A stretch of 64,000 bases of DNA, from contig NC_069003.1 in the NCBI RefSeq assembly GCF_001194135.2, positions 11,735,661 through 11,799,660 of the forward strand, read 5' to 3'. The notes under the pieces are model-generated. The model saw only the letters and a program-made list of their open reading frames with translations, was not told the origin of the DNA and made no database searches. This document shows positions 1 through 13,213 of this stretch, in pieces (the stretch's first letter is position 1; each line of letters begins with the position of its first letter). A program made the translations under genes and the position numbers. The DNA is from Octopus bimaculoides (lineage: Eukaryota).

Positions 1-571
1 TAAGTATTCTTTCAATTTCTACAATAAACCTAAGTCCTGATATTTTGAGGAAAAGGGCCGGCCAATTACATTGCACCCAGAGCACAACTGATGCTTATTT
101 TAAAGAATAAAAGGGAAAGTTGGCTTCAGCAGAATTTTGTCTCAGAACATAAAGGGTCACTTTGTTTGACAGTTGGAGTTGGTGTGTGTGTGTGTGTGTA
201 GAAGAGGATCAGGTGCAGGCGTGGCTGTGTGGTAAGAAGCTTGCTTCTCAACCACATAGTTCTGGGTTCAGTCCCACTGAGTGGCACCTGCTACTATAGC
301 CCTGGGCCAACCAAAGACTTGTGAGTGGATATGGTAGACAGAAACTGAAAGAAGCTTATCGTGTGTGTGACCACAACTTGACAACCAGTGTTGGTGTGTT
401 TACGTCCTCATAACTTAGCAGTTCAGAAAAAGAGACTGATAGAATAAGTACCAGGCTTAAAACAATAAAAAAAAGTACTGGTGTCAATTCATTCAACTAA
501 AATTGTTTGAAGCAGTGCCCCAGCTTGGCCACAGTCTAATGACGGAAACAAGTAAAACAATAAATATATAA

Positions 572-625
<54 letters not shown>

Positions 626-879
626 CTTGTTGACATCAGCCTTTGACTTTTTCTATCCAAAGGATATTTACACACTATTATTTATAGTTTCATCTGCTTT
701 GAGTGTCAGCATCCCCAAAAAACGAAAATGAATTGTATGACCCAGTACTATAGAAGAAGACACTAACCCAATGCCTTCCACTATATGGTCTTTTAGTTAT
801 GACCTTTGCTTGTGGTCTTTTGATTATGACATCCTACATACGATCCCTTGTTGTGACAATATCAACAAAGCATGATATG

Positions 880-1322
880 TAAGACTTTCGCTAAGAGCAC
901 CGTCCAAGCGTGATCGTTGGCAGAGCAGCTGTCTGGCTTCCATGCCAGTGGCACGTAAATAGCACCATTTGAGCGTGATCGTTACCCGCCTCGCCTTACT
1001 GGCACTTGTGCCAGTGGCACGTGAAAAGACATTCAAGCGAGGTCATTGCCAGTGCCGCTGGACTGGCTCCTGTGCAGGTGGCACATAAAATACACCATTT
1101 TGAGCGTGGCCATTGCCAGTACTGCCAGACTGGCCTCCATGCCGGTGGCACATAAAAGCACCCACTACACTCTCGGAGTGGTTGGCGTTAGGAAGGGCAT
1201 CCAGCTGTAGAAACTCTGCCAAATCAGATTGGAGCCTGGTGTAGTCACCTAGTCCACCAGTCCTCAGTCAAATCGTCCAACCCATGCTAGCATGGAAGGC
1301 GGACATTAAATGATGATGATGA
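880..1322 (+). mobile_element. Dispersed repeat family C with (GAT)n tail and internal ~60-65-bp subunits; copies at 52985-53358, 42275-42490(-), 12330-12635, 29120-29330(-), 45020-45300(-)
   Basis: Shared ggaagggcatccagctgtagaaactctgcc...ccatgctagcatggaa..cggac.ttaaatgatgatgat. Confidence 0.85.
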
Positions 1323-1548
1323 TTCCATAATCAATATTTTTTTTTTTGTATTATTGTGATTTTACTATGATTTCTGTCTTTTTATAATCTCTTGCTTATG
1401 TTCTCCCTGTTATATTCTTCTGGTTATTACATTTTGGGTATCACTTCAAAGTAATGACCTTTCGTTTACAATAACTCTGATTTTTGGTTTTAAATAAAAT
1501 GAAATAAAGTAGTATGTAAATGTATATATATAATCTTTATCATTACAG

Positions 1549-1648
1549 ATTTTCTTGGGTCTACTTCGACCTGATCTTAAAAGTAGCGATCGACCATTCT
1601 TCAATATAGTTCATCGGAGTGTTGGAATGACATGTCAAATATTGTCAA
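1549..1648 (+). CDS. Internal coding exon of a cytochrome b561-domain (FRRS1/ferric-chelate reductase-like) gene whose 5' part lies outside the window
   Basis: Acceptor cattacag|, donor |gtgagt. Translates IFLGLLRPDLKSSDRPFFNIVHRSVGMTCQILS, which resembles the b561 motif 'FRP....RP.FNW.H..vG' of FRRS1-type proteins. Ends in phase 1. Confidence 0.8.
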
Positions 1649-1770
1649 GTGAGTTTCTTTTAATTGATGGTGCTGGACAACTGATTTGCATTGCTACACA
1701 TGTATGTTATGTCTTTACATACATATATGCATGCATACATTAAAAATTCATACATAAATACAGACATATA

Positions 1771-1985
1771 GATGGGAGTGCTGAAAAGTTCCCGGCTTTG
1801 GGTATAAGAATATACAGGAGGATCAGTTAATTATGATTTCATTCAACATATTCCCCTCTCAGATTCACACACTTATAGCAGTGGTCCTTCAGTTTTTATG
1901 CCTTGTAAAGGAACTTGAAAGGTTGGGCCTCCAACCAGACCTTTCATGGTACCCTTAAAGCCTGGAACTTTACAGCACCCGCTCA
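1771..1985. mobile_element. Mariner-like MITE (TIR gtgctgaaaagttcc); further copies at 48109-48324, 48350-48530, 20040-20195
   Basis: Terminal inverted repeats gggagtgctgaaaagttcccggcttt / aaagcctggaactttacagcaccc in a TA-rich context; same sequence recurs in the window. Confidence 0.75.
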
Positions 1986-2073
1986 TATATACATGAACAT
2001 AAGGTGTTACTATCCAAGCTGTGTCCACATAAAGCACATCTGCATGTTCACATTAATCTAATGTATGTATACA

Positions 2074-2757
2074 CAGGGCGTCCCAAAAGTTACTGATGGG
2101 TTTCAATTGTTAATAACTTCCTTAATTTTACAAATAAATGCATGACATTTTGAAACAATATAAAGGACATAATGAAAATTAATATGCACAAGTCAAATTT
2201 TGCAACACCACTACATCACATATGAAAAATGACATCCCTTAAATGAAGGCTACTTGATATTGCCGTAGCTGGAGATTATTCTCTCCAAAGCACTGTTGTA
2301 GTAAATGTATTGTTTCTCTTGCAGTATGAGCCATTGCCCCATCTTGCTGGAACCATATGTGAGGTCTATTTTGAATAGCGTTCACGTTCCCCAGACTTGA
2401 CTAGCCCAGATCTTTTCTTGTGGGGATACCTGAAAGAGAGGGTTTACGTCAACAAACCAGAAATCTTGGTGCAACTGAAGGAGAACATCGATAAAGAAAT
2501 GAGAGAAGTGGGATCTGAAACTCTTGAGAGTATTATGGTACAAGTTTTGGAAAGAGCACGAGTGTGTGAAGCTGAAAATGGCTGCCATTTAAGCAATGTT
2601 GTTTTTCATATGTGATGTAGTGGTGTTGCAAAATTTGACTTATGCATATTAATTTCCATTATGTCCTTCATATTGTATCAAAATTTCATGCATCTATCTG
2701 TAAAGTTAAGGAAGTTATCAAAAATTGAAACCCATCAGTGACTTTTGGGACACCCTG
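2074..2757 (+). mobile_element. Internally deleted Tc1/mariner element with ~170-bp TIRs
   Basis: Ends cagggcgtcccaaaag.../...cttttgggacaccctg|TA. Internal remnant 2397-2615 reads SPDLFLWGYLKERVYVNKP..., the C-terminus of a mariner-type DDD transposase. Confidence 0.88.
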
Positions 2758-3033
2758 TAAATGCTTTATTTTAAATGTGATATAAATAGCCATTGAAATT
2801 TTTGGTGAATTCTATTTGCAGAGTAATTTCATATCAAAACAGAAAATTGGCAAAATTTGGTATATTTTTAATTCCATCTTACACATGTTACATTACAAGA
2901 TAAGAGTTACATGGATATACATATAGCAAAGAAAACTGTATTGAATCTCATATCCAAAGATTCATAAATAACATAAATTTATGCTTGGATGACATGTACC
3001 ATCTTTTTCCCAGTCTTCTGTTTTGATACATAC

Positions 3034-3068
<35 letters not shown>

Positions 3069-4494
3069 TGACATACTGACACACTGACACATACACACAC
3101 ATAGAGAATATATATAAGATATTGTAAAATATCAAATATTATTATCGAGTTAGAAAACAGAGAGACCTAATGGATACAAATTAATTTATTAATTAATTAA
3201 CATATTCACCAACAATTGTTTCATTTCACAAACAAAATTAAAATTACAAAACATATATAAATAAATAATTTCGCATTGTAAATACCTAGCATGGAATATC
3301 ATTAGGCTGTACAAAGGCCAATACAAGGATTACATTAGGATCCATTTGGAATACTCAGAATATATATATATATATATAACGTGAGAGAGTTAGGGGTTGG
3401 GGGTTCAACCCACTAAGGGATAGTATCTATCCAGTATACTGCTGGGAGGGTACCCAATTATTGCTACACTAGTGCTATACTAGGTGCAATCAATGGGAGC
3501 GGGTAAAAGTGGAGGTTTTACCCAAAATTTGTGTAACAATTAGAAAATGGAGGATAATATGCTGAACCCAACTACTTGCAGACGGTGTATCCCATTGAAT
3601 TCATTAATTTAATTCATAGCAAAAGTGACAAAAAAAGGAAGAAAAGAAAAAGAAAGAAAGAACCAAAGCACAGGTGTCTATGGCAGACTATGTTATGTAT
3701 GTATGTATATACACACACACACATACAATATCGAACACACATACACAAGGTATGTGTTTTTTCAAGTTCGTGGGTAGGCTGTGCAGGTGTTCTAACACCA
3801 GATGCATGAAGAGAATATATTCTCTTATGCTTATAAGTGTAGCCCACCCACAGACTAGCAAAGCACATACCATCTGTGTGTTCAATATTGTTTACATCCA
3901 TTGAACTGATTTCAACTGATTTCAACTCATATTTGTTGTTGTTGTTTGTAAATAGTCATTGAAAACTTAGTGAAAACAATAGTGTCTGAAAAATGAAAGT
4001 GAAAACAATAGAGAGTGAGTGAGAAATAGAGAGAGGGGGAGAGAGAGAGCTAGCTTGTTAGACAAATAAGATAGATATAGATACATAGATAAAATATAGA
4101 CAGATAGATACAGAGAGATAGATAGATATAGAGATAGAGATGGATAGAGAGATATAGAGAGATATAGACATCACTGAGGCTAGAAAACCGGAAGTGAATA
4201 TATTAAAAATCTTTCAAAGACGTGAATCTAATATAGAAAGCAATATTTACTACTTTTTTATGACCAATGGATGTAAGGGAGACAATCAATTTCTGAAAGT
4301 TACCTCCCATCTCCAGGTAACCCAGGAACAGTTGTTTTCTGCCCCAGGAGGCCTTTTACTCATTATGTGAAAAATTTTAAGAATCTAAAAGCATCCCTGG
4401 AGCATAAGTAATGTATGCTCCCAGTTTGGAGAAAATCAGTTGAAAAATATGGCCGTTATAATCTTTTACACACACAGACAGAACGGGATTTATA

Positions 4495-4577
4495 TGTGCT
4501 ATTAGTTTCATGTGCTGAGAACATGCCAAACAATGTTTTATAATATATCTGATATCTCAGTACAATCATCAGGCACA
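4495..4577 (-). ncRNA. Degenerate hammerhead motif
   Basis: Minus strand reads UGUGC-CUGAUGA-U-UGUACUGAGA...UCUCAGCACA-U-GAA-ACUAAU-A-GCACA. Stem III is one substitution from the palindrome ACUAGU. Confidence 0.6.
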
Positions 4578-5593
4578 GCCCACATGGCATAACCATATAT
4601 ATATNNNNNNNNNNNNNNNNNNNNNNNNNNNNNNNNNNNNNNNNNNNNNNNNNNNNNNNNNNNNNNNNNNNNNNNNNNNNNNNNNNNNNNNNNNNNNNNN
4701 NNNNNNNNNNNNNNNNNNNNNNNNNNNNNNNNNNNNNNNNNNNNNNNNNNNNNNNNNNNNNNNNNNNNNNNNNNNNNNNNNNNNNNNNNNNNNNNNNNNN
4801 NNNNNNNNNNNNNNNNNNNNNNNNNNNNNNNNNNNNNNNNNNNNNNNNNNNNNNNNNNNNNNNNNNNNNNNNNNNNNNNNNNNNNNNNNNNNNNNNNNNN
4901 NNNNNNNNNNNNNNNNNNNNNNNNNNNNNNNNNNNNNNNNNNNNNNNNNNNNNNNNNNNNNNNNNNNNNNNNNNNNNNNNNNNNNNNNNNNNNNNNNNNN
5001 NNNNNNNNNNNNNNNNNNNNNNNNNNNNNNNNNNNNNNNNNNNNNNNNNNNNNNNNNNNNNNNNNNNNNNNNNNNNNNNNNNNNNNNNNNNNNNNNNNNN
5101 NNNNNNNNNNNNNNNNNNNNNNNNNNNNNNNNNNNNNNNNNNNNNNNNNNNNNNNNNNNNNNNNNNNNNNNNNNNNNNNNNNNNNNNNNNNNNNNNNNNN
5201 NNNNNNNNNNNNNNNNNNNNNNNNNNNNNNNNNNNNNNNNNNNNNNNNNNNNNNNNNNNNNNNNNNNNNNNNNNNNNNNNNNNNNNNNNNNNNNNNNNNN
5301 NNNNNNNNNNNNNNNNNNNNNNNNNNNNNNNNNNNNNNNNNNNNATATAAACACACACACTCGTACACACACACGCATACACATTAGGCATCTTCCAGTC
5401 TTTCAGTTTCTATCTACCAAATCCATGCTCAAGACTTTGGTTAGCCCTGGGCTAGTAGAAGACTTTTTCCCAAGGTGGTACACACTGGGGAATTGAACCT
5501 GGGACCATGTAGTTGGGAAGCAAACTTTTCACCACACAACCATCCCTGCACCTTAATTACTTATTTATTCATTTATTTATTTATTTATTTCAG

Positions 5594-5716
5594 TTGCCTC
5601 CATTTGCACTGGTGCCTACATACTGAATAGTTATACAGACTTGATCTACGGGCTTATGATCTTTTATGTGGTATACATGGTTTTATTAAACATAATGCTA
5701 TTCATCATTGACAATT
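5594..5716 (+). CDS. Next coding exon of the b561/FRRS1-like gene (two hydrophobic, TM-like segments)
   Basis: Acceptor ttatttcag|, donor |gtaagt. Phase 1 in and out, matching the previous exon. Reads (I)ASICTGAYILNSYTDLIYGLMIFYVVYMVLLNIMLFIIDN. Confidence 0.8.
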
Positions 5717-6503
5717 GTAAGTAATTCACATGTTGTTGTTGTTGTTGTTGTTGTTTAATTCCAAGCTAGATCCACTGAAGCAGGCTTATGAACGAAAGGT
5801 TATCTTTTGTGTCTGATGCACAGAACTTGGTCATAGTGAGAATTTCTACACAGATGAAGTTTTTTGTCTGCCACTTATGAAAATTGAAGTTTTTGAAGAA
5901 AATAATATAATGGAAAATTATTAACTTTTAAAGATTTGGCAGTTTTAACAATTTTCTTGTTCTGTAGCAGTGGACTCTTCCTCTGAGATGGCACATGCTG
6001 TGACACCTTCTCCAGTGGCAACTTGGTGTGTTCAGCTACCAACCCAAGTGCCACTGCTCATCAGAGCAGGAGATAGAGGAGGAAGAATAGGAAGGGAAAA
6101 GAGGGGAACAGAGGGGTGAAAGGAGTGGAGGAGAGGAGAGAAGAGAAGAGGGAGAAGGGAAAGGAAGAAGACATAGGGGAGAAAAGGAGGAAAGGAGGAA
6201 GAAAAAGAAGGAGGAGGTAGTGAAAGAAAGGAGAAAGAGGAACAGAAACAGGAAAGGAGGAGGTAGTGGAGGAGGAAGAGGATCAGCAGTAATGGTAATA
6301 GTTGTTGTTGTAGCAGTAGAAATAACAGTAGTGTTGGTAATAGTAGAGGGGGTAGTAGTGTGGTCATAGGAGTGGTTGTAGTGGTGATGCTGTGGTAGTT
6401 ATCTCAACTCAAACAATAAAGTTTTTTTCCTTTTGTTTATAAGTTTTCTTGCTCCATTTTCAATTCTTTTTTTTACTTTTTCTCTTTTAAATTCTCCTCA
6501 CAG

Positions 6504-6550
6504 GTTATTTAAACAATAATCACAAATGCAGAGATGACAGCATCAACAAG
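6504..6550 (+). CDS. Short loop exon of the b561/FRRS1-like gene
   Basis: Polypyrimidine tract with ctcacag|, donor |gtcagt. Phase 1 in, phase 0 out. Reads (C)YLNNNHKCRDDSINK. Confidence 0.65.
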
Positions 6551-6689
6551 GTCAGTTACATTAATGAGCCAAATATTTTTCATCACCTGTTCCATAATTT
6601 AATTGTTGATTTTATTGTTGTTTTTCTTGTGTGTTGTATAAGTTCAAGTCAGCTCTCATCCAGCTGACTTATGGCATGTGCACTGTCGG

Positions 6690-7200
6690 TCTAAAAAATA
6701 GGTATTACCTACATACTTATTCTTCTCTCCATTCTTTTTTACCCAGTAGGAATTATCATGAAAGTGTAAGGACTTCCTTGCATTCATAATTATATCTATA
6801 TTAGTATTTATTATAGTGAAATAAGTTTTACTAAATTCAAGCGCCTTCTGAAGCAAGCTTATGGAGACCAAAGGGTAGAACTCTATGATTTCGAATAAAT
6901 TTGCATTTGGGTTTATCTATTTTCTTAAACTATTCAATAGTTACACTACTGCATATCCATTGAGTAAGAAATCTGTGCTCTGATGTGTCTAATATGGATT
7001 TACTAATAATTCCTATTTTGCTTTTTGTGGGATTTAATTTATTTATGGTTTTTCAGAGTTATAAAAGGATTTCATGGAATAAGCTTTGTCTTCTATTTTA
7101 AACTTTGTGGCTAGATTTTTTGCTTCTATATTTACTAAATTATTAATGGTGGGGTTTGTTTTCTTGTATGTTTTAGTTACATTGTCGGTTAGTAATTTGT
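6690..7200 (-). mobile_element. Penelope-like element reverse transcriptase fragment
   Basis: Minus-strand pieces DNVTKTYKK, NPTKSKIGIISKSILD and EIIEFYPLVSISLLQKALEFSKTY...IDIIMNARKSLHFHDNSYWVKKNG match Penelope-clade RT motifs; frameshifted. Confidence 0.8.
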
Positions 7201-7499
7201 TGTGTGTTTGGTTTACTTCAAAAATACTTTTATTTTATCTGCTTTAAACATGCATACACATACGCACACATACACACACCCTCATACATAGACATGTTGA
7301 TTATGTCACACATGCATATGTTAATTATGTCACACATTTTGTGTATGTGTGTTTGTGAAGGGAGTATTAATGTTTGATCTATCTCAAGTCATTAAAACAA
7401 TATAATCAAAAACAAACGGAAGCATCACTCATTACTTTTTTGAAGAATACATACTAATTAAGTGACTTCAAAATTTCAGCTTGCTCACATTCATCTCTC

Positions 7500-7544
<45 letters not shown>

Positions 7545-8277
7545 TGTGGTGTGTGTAGTGTGTGTGTGTAGACAGATATATACATGTGTGTATATGGTGG
7601 CGAGCTGGCAGAATCGTTAGCATGCCAGGTGAAATGCTTAGCAGTATTTCGCCTGCCATTACATTCTGAGTTCAAATTCTGCCAAGGTCGACTTTGCCTT
7701 TCATCTTTCTGGGGTTGATTAAATAAGTACCAGTTACACTCTGGGATCGATGTAATCGACTTAATCCCTTTGTCTGTCCTTGTTTGTCCCCTCTATGTTT
7801 AGCTCCCCGTAGGCAATAAAGAAACATATGTGTATGTTGAACCACTGAACTCAGACATTTCTTTCATTCTTTCTCTATCTATTTCCTCTTATTCCTTTCT
7901 GTCAAAGAACGTCGGCTTGAAACATGAAAGACTTTTTTCATTTTTCCTGAGCGTCAAACTAATACCCTTGCTTTTTGTTCCTACACCTGTCTTTGTCTTT
8001 GTTTTTCTATAAATTTGAACTATGTGTGTGTGAGCTTTAAGGTAGTTAAAACATGTTGGTGACATATTTCAACTTCTAAAGGCAAAATATAAACATATGT
8101 GTGTATGTGTGTACACGCACTCTGTAAAATGGTTGTAGTTGGCATTAGGAAGGGCATCCAGCTGCCTTTCAAAACAGAATTGCCAAAACAGACAATGGAG
8201 CTTGTCGTAGTCCACTGGCTTGACAGCCCCTCTCAAACCATCCAGCCCATGATACCAGCATGGGAAATGGACATTAA

Positions 8278-8445
8278 ATGATGATGATGATGATGATGAT
8301 GACGATGATGATGACGATGATGACGACAATTACGACGATGATGACGATGATGATGACGACGACGACGATGATGATGATGATGATGGTGACAATGATGATG
8401 ATGATGATGATGACAATGATGATGATGATAACGATGATGATGATG
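8278..8445. repeat. (GAT)n microsatellite, one of very many (TA, CA, GA, TACA, GATA tracts throughout)
   Basis: Direct reading; explains the poly-M, poly-H and poly-S ORFs. Confidence 0.95.
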
Positions 8446-8695
8446 TGTGTGTGTGTGCATGTGTGTTTCTTTGTGTGTGTGTGTGTGTATGACAGGTTTC
8501 AACACTGTTTCCATCTATCAGTGCCTAAAGTGCCATGGAATGGGACTGAAACACAAACCATGTAGTTGCAAAGCTAGCTTATTAATCACACAGCCATAAC
8601 TGCACATACGTATCAAATAAGTCCCATTATTATCTTGTTTTTTTATCTAATTTTTATGCTGTTTATTTTCATATTTTTCTTCTTTCTTTTTACAG

Positions 8696-8791
8696 TTGCG
8701 GATATTCAAAAATCTTTTACTTCCGATACATAGCATCATCCAATTGGTTCTTGCTGCGTTCGTGGCATCGTATGCAGTGGCAGGAGACTAA
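8696..8791 (+). CDS. Terminal coding exon of the b561/FRRS1-like gene (last TM helix)
   Basis: Long polypyrimidine tract with tttacag|, phase 0. Reads LRIFKNLLLPIHSIIQLVLAAFVASYAVAGD-TAA, comparable to the 'FKK.vL.iy' terminal helix of FRRS1. Confidence 0.7.
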   Translation: MRIFKNLLLPIHSIIQLVLAAFVASYAVAGD

Positions 8792-9119
8792 AACGGGTGG
8801 AAGGTTGAATCTAAGGAACTACAAATGGATGCAAGCAGACAAATACACAATCACATACACACATATACACACTCATTCACATTTGCACATAAGCATCCAT
8901 TTACACACACACACAAAATCATACATACATACATACATAAATGCATACAGGTGTGACTGTGTAGTAAGAAGGCACAGGTATGGCTATGTGGTAAAAAGCT
9001 TGCTTCTTAACCACATGGTTCCAGGTTCAGTTCCACTGCATGGCACCCTGGGCAAATGTCTTTTACTATAGCCTCAGCCTTGTGAGTGGATTTGATAGAA
9101 ACTGAAAGAAGCTCGTTCA

Positions 9120-9155
<36 letters not shown>

Positions 9156-9361
9156 TGGAAGGTTTGGAGGTGATGTACAGGAATTATATATTAGAAAAAA
9201 TAATAATCAGGTACTCAGATATCTGGATGGTTGTATATTTACAGATGTTTATTCATATGTCACATGTTTTATAAATTAGCACTTTCACCTAGTCTTGTGA
9301 CATATGAATAAAAATCTGTAAATATATAACCATCCAGACATCTGAGTACCTGATTATTATT

Positions 9362-9411
<50 letters not shown>

Positions 9412-10583
9412 CACATGTGTGCGTGTCTTTGTGTCTATGTTTGTCATCCTGTTACTGCTTGACAACTGGTGTTGGTGTGTTTATGTCCCTCTAACTTAGT
9501 GGTCTGGCAAAAGAGACTGATAGAGTAAGTACTAGGCTTTAAAAATAAAATAAGTCCTGGGGGTAGATTTATTCAACTAAAACCCTTCAAGGTGGTGCTC
9601 CAGTATGTCTGCAGTCAAATGACTGAAACGAGTAAAAAATAAAAGAATGTGTGTGTGTGTGCACGCATGCGCGTGTACGTGTGTGTGTGTGTGTATACTT
9701 ATGTATAAACAGGGTGTTTGGCCTAAATTTGACAGTTTGCATAAAAAGAAAAGAAAATTTAACATACCATCCAAAAATAAAATTATTATAAAAAAATCAA
9801 ACTATCAACTAGATTATGACCGGGAGATAACTGTTTACTCAAGATGGCTCCAGAACCTGGCACATAAAATGTATAATTGGAACAGTATAATTATACAAGA
9901 CTTTTCTAAAGTTTAGCATGTATCAATTACTGTTGTTGTTAAGCAAAATCTACACATGAAACTTTCATTTTTTTTGTTAGGGACCAGCACTTTCTTTAGA
10001 AGAACTTGGATAATTCAAATAGAAATGATCATACACACACATATATCTATACATGCTTACAAGGATATACACATAAACATAGATACACACAGAAAAATAG
10101 ATACATACACAAACATATTAGTAAGTGTGTGTGCATACACATATACACACTCACTAACAGAGAAAGAGCACAAGGAACAAATGGATGCGTGTACACAAAC
10201 ACATGCACACACGCACTTACATTCAAACAAGCACACTCATATTCACACATGCGCACATTCACACATACACTCACGTTCACACAAGCACACATTCACACGC
10301 ATATATGCTTGCTCCACTACACACAAATATGCATACGCATGCACACATACACACACCCTCATACACACACTTTCATACACACACTCTCATATCTGTTGAT
10401 TATGTCATACATACACATGTTATGTCACACATGTGTGTGTGTATGTGTGTTTCTAAAGTGAATATCAATGTTTGTTCTATATCAAGTCGTATTAAAATGA
10501 AATAATCAAAAACAAACGGAAGCATCACTCATTACTTTTTTGAAGAATACATATTTATTAAGTGACTTCAAACTTTTGGCTTG

Positions 10584-10639
<56 letters not shown>

Positions 10640-10853
10640 CTTTCAGTTACCTAAAATATGTTTGTGACATATTTCAACTTCTAAAGGCCATTATAAATAT
10701 ATGTATGTGTTCATAGAAAACAAAAGATGCCTCCATGTGTGTTTGCATGTGTAGTACGTATGCATTTCTACAGTTTTCATGTTCTAAAATCTTCACAGCC
10801 TTGGTTTTTACGAAAAATAAATCCTTATATGTATATATGTATATATATGTATG

Positions 10854-10888
<35 letters not shown>

Positions 10889-11139
10889 ATATATATGTAT
10901 ATGTGTAGGTATACATATGTATACATATATATATGTGTGTGAGTGTGTGTATATATCTGTATATTCGTAGATATGTGTATGTGTGTGTGTATATGTGTGT
11001 ATTTGTATATTTTTGTATATATATATGTATATATATATATGTATTTGTATATATACATATATATATGTATTTGTATATATATGTGTGTGTTCACCATGAT
11101 AGATCGCTGACCACTACATTAAAATTTTTTTCTCCTTAC

Positions 11140-11290
11140 CTGCAAGACATGGATGCAGAGGTCTTCAAGACAAAACTCGACGCTTTCCTCTCCACGATAC
11201 CAGACGAACCAATGGCTCGAAATGAGACGCAGTTTAGGGCAGCGATGTCAAATTCTCTTATACACCAGATGTGCCACCAAAACTCTTGAT
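11140..11290 (+). mobile_element. 3' end of a CR1/L2-group LINE ORF2
   Basis: Reads EVFKTKLDAFLSTIPDEP...RAAMSNSLIHQ, a typical C-terminal motif of this group. Confidence 0.65.
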
Positions 11291-11628
11291 TGGACCATAT
11301 CAGGTGGGGAAGAAGAGCCATGCAAGGAACGTGAAGAGAGCACAGCATAAAGACGGAAAATCACGGTGGTGCTCCAGCATGACCGCAGCCACTTGGCTGA
11401 AACACATAAATAAATAAAATNNNNNNNNNNNNNNNNNNNNNNNNNNNNNNNNNNNNNNNNNNNNNNNNNNNNNNNNNNNNNNNNNNNNNNNNNNNNNNNN
11501 NNNNNNNNNNNNNNNNNNNNNNNNNNNNNNNNNNNNNNNNNNNNNNNNNNNNNNNNNNNNNNNNNNNNNNNNNNNNNNNNNNNNNNNNNNNNNNNNNNNN
11601 NNNNNNNNNNNNNNNNNNNNNNNNNNNN

Positions 11629-11674
<46 letters not shown>

Positions 11675-12949
11675 TGTATTTATGTATGAATATATGTATA
11701 ATGAATTCATGTATATATGCATGTATGTATACATGTATATATGTGTGTGTGTATTTGTGCATGTGTGTGTGTGTGTGTCTATTGTATTGTTTTGTATTTC
11801 ATGGGTGCCAATATCAGGATTCATGGTTGAATGAATTATTTCTGTGGTTAGCTTTGTTAATGAGTTCATGTTTCCATATGTGCATGTGTGTGCGTGTGTG
11901 TGTGTGTACATATGTATGTTTGTGTATGTACATATGTGTGTGTACACACACAATTGTGGATTGTATTTAGTATTTCATGCAGAAGTATGATATATCAATT
12001 ATTTCTGATTGGATAATTTTGTTTATTACCATCTGTGCGTGCTTGCGCGTGTGTGTGTGTGTACACATGTGCATATGAGTGTGTATGCATCTTTGATTTG
12101 ATCTGACTTGTTTTTTTCCTTTGGTTTGGTTGTTTGTAATTTGATTCTTGCAGATGTAACTGCAAGCATAAAATGAGGAAGATTAGAATGTATAACCTCA
12201 TGCATAAATGCTTCTGGGACTTGCTCTCTGTGCATTACAGAAAAATACAACATATTCAAACAAAACACACTAAGCAAATTGAATGAAGCCCTGTTCTACT
12301 ACAAGCACCAGATTGAATTCATCTTCAAGAAATGATCTGAACCTCCAAAGCACCCATGCTGGTGACATAAATAACACCAATACTAGCACCATGTAAATAA
12401 CACCTCTGCTTGCTGGCACCACATAAAAAGCATCTATGCTGCCATACTGGTGCCACATAAAAGGCACCCAGTACACGCTGTAAAGTGGTTGGTATTAGGA
12501 AGAGTATCCAGCCGTAGAAACCATGCCAAGACAGATGACTGGAGCCTGGTGCAGCCCTTCAGCGTGCCAGCTTCTGTCAAACTGTTGAACCCATACCAGT
12601 ATGGAAAATGGATGTTAAATGATGATGATGATGATGACTTTCATGCACCAAATACATAAATAAATAATGACAAAAACCATTGACATTCACCAGAGTCAAA
12701 TTGTGGAATGAAATATTGGGTATTTTAAGATTAAGAAAGCAACTCTTAAAAGATTAAATCCCTCTATCAACAGAACAGAAGTGTTGTTCAACATTAATTG
12801 GCTAATATAACATTACCAGTCCAAGCATGTTATCTGTCTCTACGTTTTGGGGCAGATTAGAGCTAAGCTCTTTCACTTCCTTTTTGCTCAGTTGATAAAA
12901 GCATTTTTAAAGATGAAATATTGAAATTTAAGATGAACATGTATGTCTT

Positions 12950-13185
12950 TGCGTTCTTCTGACCATCTCCTCGCCACCCATTGCCCATGATGGAGACAAA
13001 TACTGTGAAAGGAGGTGGAGTGAGAGGAAGAAAAACAGGAACTCACCACCAAAGAAAAACGCACTCAACAGAAGGAAAAACCAATTGCGCCGGCAAAGAG
13101 CTCCTTCAAATACAGTCGCTGTATGCATGGCTGCGACTCTTGTGTGGGCCTCTACAGCCACAGCAGATGCTGCACCACCAATATA
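12950..13185 (+). mobile_element. RTE-clade LINE 3' end
   Basis: C-terminal zinc-knuckle remnant FKYSRCMHGCDSCVGLYSHSRCC. Confidence 0.65.
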
Positions 13186-13213
13186 TATATGTATGTGTGT
13201 ATATATATATATA

